This document shows positions 58,601 to 64,000 of a stretch of DNA of 64,000 nt, in pieces. The translations under genes and the position numbers were made by a program. The stretch is from the NCBI RefSeq assembly GCF_902459465.1, contig NC_047066.1, forward strand, positions 5,766,001 to 5,830,000, in the 5' to 3' direction. Source of the stretch: Asterias rubens (Eukaryota). The first letter of the stretch is position 1. Every line of letters begins with the position of its first letter. The notes under the pieces are model-generated. The model was given only the letters and a program-made list of their open reading frames with translations, was not told the origin of the DNA and ran no database searches.

Positions 58601-61600
58601 CACAGGACTCGATCTGTCCATGCAGGGGAGCGCTGTTTAGGGCTTCAATCGCAAAAAACACAATAAGTTAACAATGTTGCTTGAATAGTGGTTGAGCAGT
58701 CTAGTTCACTGGACCCAAGCTCTGGTGTTGCCGGTTCCAGAGTGTGGGTTTGAATCCCTGTCATGACACTAGTGCCCTTGAGGTAGAAGACACTTACCAT
58801 AATTGCTTCGTAAAAAGTTGTGATAGTAGTGCATTCTGCTCTACCAGCCAGGCCGATGATACATATGCCTATCCATATGGACTGTGAAGGGGGTAACACT
58901 GTTTCAGCCCTAAGAACTTTTATTATTTTTTATATTTTTTGTACGCAAGTTGCCAGACACACAAGGCCTGAAGGCCACTTCGGCCGTTGCCACCTACTCC
59001 AAGGGCTGAAACAGGGTTACCCCCATTACAATCCATACGGATGTAGGCTTGGGTATCATCAGTCCGAAGCCTGGCCGGTAGCGCAGAAATCACTACCTCC
59101 CCAATTTTACGTAGCAAGTGTCACGACCGGGATTCGAACCCACACTCTGCTGATCAAACACCATAGCTTGAATCCAATGCTCTAAACAACTCGGCCATGA
59201 CGCACCACAATATGGCAGTTGATTTGGGTTGATAGCCCAAACTCGTATAAAGTTATACCTTGAAGTGGTTGTCAGGCTGATGATAGGTGATCTCTCATAA
59301 AAAAAAAATGAAAAATAGAACACAAATTAAAATGTCCTGTCCAGTTTCCAAATGCTTCATGATATAAAGTAAAATGTGACTTAATATTTCAGATATCAAA
59401 TAATAAACCACCATGCCCCTTGGTCATTGCCTAGGTGCCCTTAAAACGCTCCAGTAGGGATTGACAATTTACAATTTAGGGTGCCCTTGCCTTTATAAAA
59501 ACGAAGCATACAGGCATTTGTGGGGTTGAACAAATGCAAAGTTGAGTACAGCAGGTTTGAACCAATGACAACTATAAAGAATGATGATCACCTTGTGTCA
59601 AAGTCATCCGTTTGGAAATCATACTTGTAGGTTGGGATGAACGCAACAGGTCCCTCTTGAAACCCCTGGAAAGAGATCTTGCTTCTCATGGACAGCTTGA
59701 GTTGATCTTTCTCCAGCAGGACGTGGAGCTTCTTGGGCGAGCTCAGGAACTTGATCGCCTCGACGGATAAATCCTCAATGCGATAGTTCAGGTCCCCGAA
59801 CCAAATGATGTAGCTAATAAATAGAAGTAAAATACACCTTAATGAAGTTTTATACTCTTTTATTGTCAATTTTTTAAAAGCCCCATAAAGTTTACAAGTA
59901 AGTGACAAACTGTGATACAAGTTTCAAGACACCATTGCAATAATGAGATTGAAGATTTCTTATGTTTTAGCTGGAAACTGTATAACTTTTATGAGTTATT
60001 ATACAAATGTAACATGGTTTTAGGGTGACTAGTCGATATTAGCTCCCCAAGGTATTGGAAGTTGACAAACTAGTTCCCGAGATGAAGCTTTAACAGTCAC
60101 ACCGACAGACCGACAGAATTTGTCATTACATAGGCTCACTCTGCTTCGCAGCTCGCCATGATACAGATCATAAGTTTAAGGAATTCAAAAAGGCTCCAAA
60201 AAACAAAATGGGACTCACTCGTGATCTAAGATGGTTGGCGTTTTAGGATGAGTGAAGTTTTGACTGGTTATGATTGTCTGGTATTCTTTATCTCTGTCTG
60301 ACCAGTTCTCTTGATGAGCCGCTAGATGGGAGTTAATTAGGCACAGCGATCGATCGTAACAGTCCATCCGTGTTGATACTGCCCCCTTATTTCCCTGTAA
60401 AATAACAAAGCTCTTTCATTAGTATCTGATCCTCTTATATCACCCCAAAGGAGATTACCCAGTTTATTAATTTCTTGGAAGCCTCCAAGGCCACTGGGCC
60501 AATTTCATAGAGCTGCTAAGCACACAAATTTGCTTAGCATGAAACGTCTTCCTTGATAAGAACAAGATTACCAAACAAATTTCCACATGGTTTTCAGAAT
60601 AAGAAAACAACAGCTGAATATCAGTAACAAGCAATAAGCAACAAATGGACATTTGGTTGGTAATCCTGTTTTTATCAAGAAAGAAATTTCATGCTGAGCA
60701 AATTTTTGTGCTTAGCAGCTCTATGAAATTGGGCCCTGGCCCTGATTAAATACATGTAATTGTTTTGAAAATGTGTTCCCAGGAACTCTCACCCATCCTT
60801 GCCAAGCTATCAATAGTTACATGTGCTTCTTGGCAGTTTCTGTGTTTTCTTCATGTTGAAAAGAGGCATCCGTTGTCCCTGTCTTTAAGGCTACTGGCAA
60901 GATTTGAACCCAGGTCCTAGAGGTGGATGCGAGGAAAGATACCACTACACCAACCTGACAGCCCTTACTTACCCATGTGCCCCCGAGCCCCGTCCTGGTG
61001 AAGTCGGTCTGGATGTCTCGTATAAAAGGCAAGTGAAGCATGCGGACAAATAGCAGCTGAACCAGGCCCTGGAGACGGACGGAACTCACCTTCATGAAAA
61101 TAAGAAAGCAATTGTGAGTGGGTTTGTAGTATAATGAGAGAAACTATAAATAGTCCTTAAGACTCACCTTTTTCCAAGGTAATTTCTTTCTAGTGCGCTA
61201 TGATCTTGATGGAATTGCGCCTTATAAATTTTAATTGTTATGTTATGTTATGTTATAGTAGACTTGCGGGTATAACCATGTGTAAAATATCTTTTAAGGG
61301 AGTGTCGGCTCTGAAAAGAGCCAGTTTGGCCTTGACGTTTACGAACAGTGTACTCTGCTCGTCTTCAGGAGAATATAATGGTTTACAATTACAAGCTGCA
61401 CCTGCCTCCCTTGGTCCACAGGGCCCTATTTCATGAAGCCTGTAAGCACAAAAAACTTGCTCAGCACTGAACAGTATTTCTGGTTAGCAGCCCGAATAAC
61501 GTTAAGTTTGCATTATTGTGGCTGGTGCCCGACTCAATTGTTGTTGCCTATTAAAGAGATTTGCCAAGCAGTATTTTCTGCTTTACAGCTTTATGAAACT

Positions 61601-63265
61601 GGTTCCAGGTGACCTCAGTCCTCCAAGCTTGGCCCTGTGATATGCAATTGGACATTTTGGCCTAACATTAGAGTTGTAGGTTACTACGCTTTTCATTATA
61701 ATAAAAATAATAATAATAATAGTGGCAATTTATAGTGCACCATGTCTGTCTAAAAGACACTCCTGGCGCAGGAGAGATGCCGAAGCCAGATAAAAACAAT
61801 AAATTATAAAAACAATGTTCATTTTATAAACCACTCTGCTCACAGGCCTCGAAATAACCTGTTACACCCTAAGCACTTGCTGTGGTGTTCTCTGTGCTTT
61901 TGCTGTAGTGCCCTTTAAATCAACCGCAGAGACAGCACGGGTCCGTCGCGCCCATCTCCTGTGTCCACGTCCTACAGCCTCACGCTTCATGTGGTCAATT
62001 TCGCTAGGCCGGCCAAATTGTTGGGCTCAGGATGGTCTCTTCCAGCCAGGAGCCGGTGCAGGTGCTAGGCCTCCCCTGGAGTTGATGGCGATTGCAAGGT
62101 TCCAATACAAACTTACATTTCCCCTTTAGAAGGGCCCCTTACTAGCTCCTTCGTGAGTGAAGTTCAAGGCCTGTACTCACCATGACATAACCCTTAGAAC
62201 ACACACATGATGATATGACCTCCGTCCAGGGGTCATCGCTCAGCGAACTCTGAATGACCTCATGAGGTTTTGAACTGACCTCTTGGAGACCAAAAGCATA
62301 AAGGTCAGGGGCATCACGAATATGCAGAAGGATGAGATCTCGAAGGAGTTCCTGAGGGGGTTCTAACGTGGCAATGTTATAAGTGCATACCACAAGTCTG
62401 TAAACAACAACAACAAAAGTAAACAAAGAGTCACCAGGACATAAATAAATAAAATCCTAGTTGTTCATGAATCGGTTCGACACCCACTTTCCCACTGGCA
62501 ACTACATAGGGTCATCAACACAAGCCTTTGATTCGAGTCTCTATTAATACTATGTATTATGTTCTTTAGAGTTATGACTTATTGTTTACTTGGACTTGAG
62601 TGGAACTTGATAAAAAAAAAATTATTAAAAAAGACACGATTTGTTTTAATATTCCAAAGATAGTATGGGGAAAGGTGATTTTCGCACCGAAATGGAAAAA
62701 ACAAGTCAATGTGGAAAAAAAAAAAAAAAAAATACAAAGGTTTGTAATACACTACCGTGTCAACAGCGAGCGGAAAGATCCTCATCACAGTTTCAAGGGA
62801 AATCAAATGAATCAGTTTTATTTAAAAGATTATATTAGTGATACATATAAACAAATGGGGACAAAAATAATAATAATACCCAGATGGCCAAGCTCCAAAT
62901 ACTAGTGACACAGAGCTGGCAAGATGCCATAATTATAATCATTTCTGACAAAACAGCAAGTGGTTATTTATTTTGTTAATGTTAAATTAAGATTAAGAAA
63001 GAAAAAAAAGAAAACATGGAGGAAGATATATTGAATGATAATGATATGATCTAAAATATCTTGTTCATTTGAAGCATTACTTTGTTCTTCAGTGAACAGA
63101 TTGTTAATAGTATTATTAGGCCATGTCAATATTTAACAATCAAATTTGGGGTAGATGGGGTGGGTCAAACAAAAATTTGAAACACAAACAAGTTTCCTAT
63201 TGAATTTATTTGTTGGCTTTCACTTTTTTATGAGGCAACATTATTTCTTACCTTAACTCTGCCAT
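55619..63265 (-). CDS. INPP5K: Inositol polyphosphate 5-phosphatase K (SKIP)-like with C-terminal SKICH domain, 9 exons, 446 aa
   Basis: Exons 63252-63265, 62181-62397, 60973-61089, 60219-60394, 59592-59813, 58477-58642, 57653-57790, 56543-56737 and 55619-55714. All GT-AG and phase-consistent (1341 nt). Motifs TYNI, FGLQEV, WGNKGAV, NSHLAAH, IWFGDLNYRI, PTYKYD, PAWTDRVLW, SDHKPV and SKICH WDWVGLYK...LCYYS. INPP5J is the alternative paralogue name. Confidence 0.92.
57171..57651. repeat. 30-bp minisatellite, about 16 units, at the 5' end of INPP5K intron 7
   Basis: Unit ATTGGCTTCTTATTTGAGTCCTGTCATCTG with a recurring CATGTTATC variant. It explains the spurious CHLIGFLFES ORF 57328-57705. Confidence 0.97.
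58690..59205. mobile_element. Inverted pair of tRNA(Leu)-like SINEs (about 58690-58912 plus, about 58930-59205 minus)
   Basis: Heads with A/B boxes (GTCATGGCCGAG..., GGGTTCGAATCCC) and a shared body GCATTCTGCTCTACCAGCCAGGCC...GGGGGTAAC..TGTTTCAGCCCT in opposite orientations within INPP5K intron 5. Confidence 0.85.
60497..60735. mobile_element. Harbinger-like MITE, CTG TSD, in INPP5K intron 3
   Basis: CTG|GGCCAATTTCATAGAGCTGCTAAGCAC ... GTGCTTAGCAGCTCTATGAAATTGGGCC|CTG. Confidence 0.85.
61288..61374 (-). ncRNA. Hammerhead-ribozyme-like motif directly followed by a perfect histone stem-loop
   Basis: Minus strand: TTCTC-CTGAAGA-C-GAGCAG-AGTACA-CTGTTC-G(T)AAA-CGTC-AAGGCCAAACT-GGCTCTTTTCAGAGCC. 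The 16-nt stem-loop (61307-61322) is identical to those of H2A and H2B in this window. The extra T in GAAA probably inactivates this copy. Confidence 0.6.
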
Positions 63266-63645
63266 AATGAACCCAGTACACTGCCACTCTATCACTGGAC
63301 GACCAAAACATATGCAAACTTCACACGAATCAGTAAAGATCGGAGAGTATTAACGAGCAGGAAAAATCATTGACCCAGAGCGCACTGGCACACTGATTAA
63401 GCGTTTTGTTATGGTTATTGGTTTTTGGGGTTGTGTCTAAAAAAATTATTATCTTCGCTCTAGCGCCCTCAATTGTTCCGATTTTAGTCGGGTCTAAAAA
63501 GTGAACGCACGAGAACACGACTACCACACTGAACGAACGACGACAAAGACTAGAGCTAGGTCGAGATTATATATATAGCGCGAGAGTAGGATTTTGAGCG
63601 GCGTGAAATTTATCACTTTTTTTCTCCCCGTCGAAACACATAAAA
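63266..63645. promoter_or_regulatory. Compact head-to-head INPP5K/HPD promoter region
   Basis: The two start codons are 380 bp apart on opposite strands. The interval is CpG-enriched with a TATATATATAG at about 63568-63577. Confidence 0.7.
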
Positions 63646-64000
63646 ATGGTACGTTTTCTCTCATTTCGCAACAATATTTCATAATTGTCTTGACGCTATT
63701 ATACCACCAGTCTTACAATCTTGAATTTCTTTGTCTTTTTACAGACCACGTACACGAACAAGGGCCCAAAGGTAAGCAAAATCAATAGCTTTTTTTGTTT
63801 GTGAAATGTGCAATCGCTGGTGCTGGTCTGAGGTTTACACTGTCAGTGTCACTGTGTGTAACTGTAATGGAATTACTCACTTTTTCTTGTCGTTTCAAAG
63901 GCTTGCTAAATTAATTTAGTAAATGTGTTGATTTTTCTTACAATTTTAGCCAGAGAATGGTCGCTTCATCGCGTTCAATCACTTGACATTCTGGGTTGGA
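63646..64000 (+). CDS. HPD: 4-hydroxyphenylpyruvate dioxygenase, 5' part (runs off the window)
   Basis: ATG-only coding exon 63646-63648 (ATG|gtacgt), a 27-nt exon 63745-63771 and an exon from 63950. Spliced: [27 protein letters not shown], compared with recalled human [27 protein letters not shown]. Confidence 0.93.

Noticed and set aside
59106-59205. Possible tRNA-Leu(CAA) gene
   Set aside because: No acceptor stem and it continues into a SINE body.

Overview
AT-rich eukaryotic genomic DNA, most likely from a sea star. The H2A/H2B sequences look asteroid (Asterias-like), and the introns are packed with MITEs and SINEs. Genes rebuilt by hand from splice sites and reading phase: (1) an NGLY1-type PAW-domain gene fragment or pseudogene on the minus strand, about 2.4-10.3 kb; (2) an isolated divergent histone H2B/H2A pair with stem-loops; (3) a 5-exon UBE2G1/Ubc7-type E2 enzyme; (4) a 12-exon, about 1650-aa FSIP2-like gene with an apparently intact single-ORF APE+RT LINE in its last intron; (5) a 9-exon INPP5K (SKIP)-like inositol 5-phosphatase; (6) the first three exons of HPD, head-to-head with INPP5K. 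Repeats include TTAA-flanked (Kolobok-like) MITEs, CWG-flanked (Harbinger-like) MITEs, two TAG..CTA foldbacks with 9-bp target duplications, tRNA-derived SINEs and several tandem arrays. The most unusual signal is a third, orphan, perfect histone 3' stem-loop fused to a Penelope-type hammerhead-ribozyme-like motif in INPP5K intron 2; its core is probably broken in this copy. No rRNA, bona fide tRNA gene or CRISPR array was seen. All family assignments come from recalled sequence knowledge, not database searches. Repeat boundaries are approximate unless a TSD is quoted.
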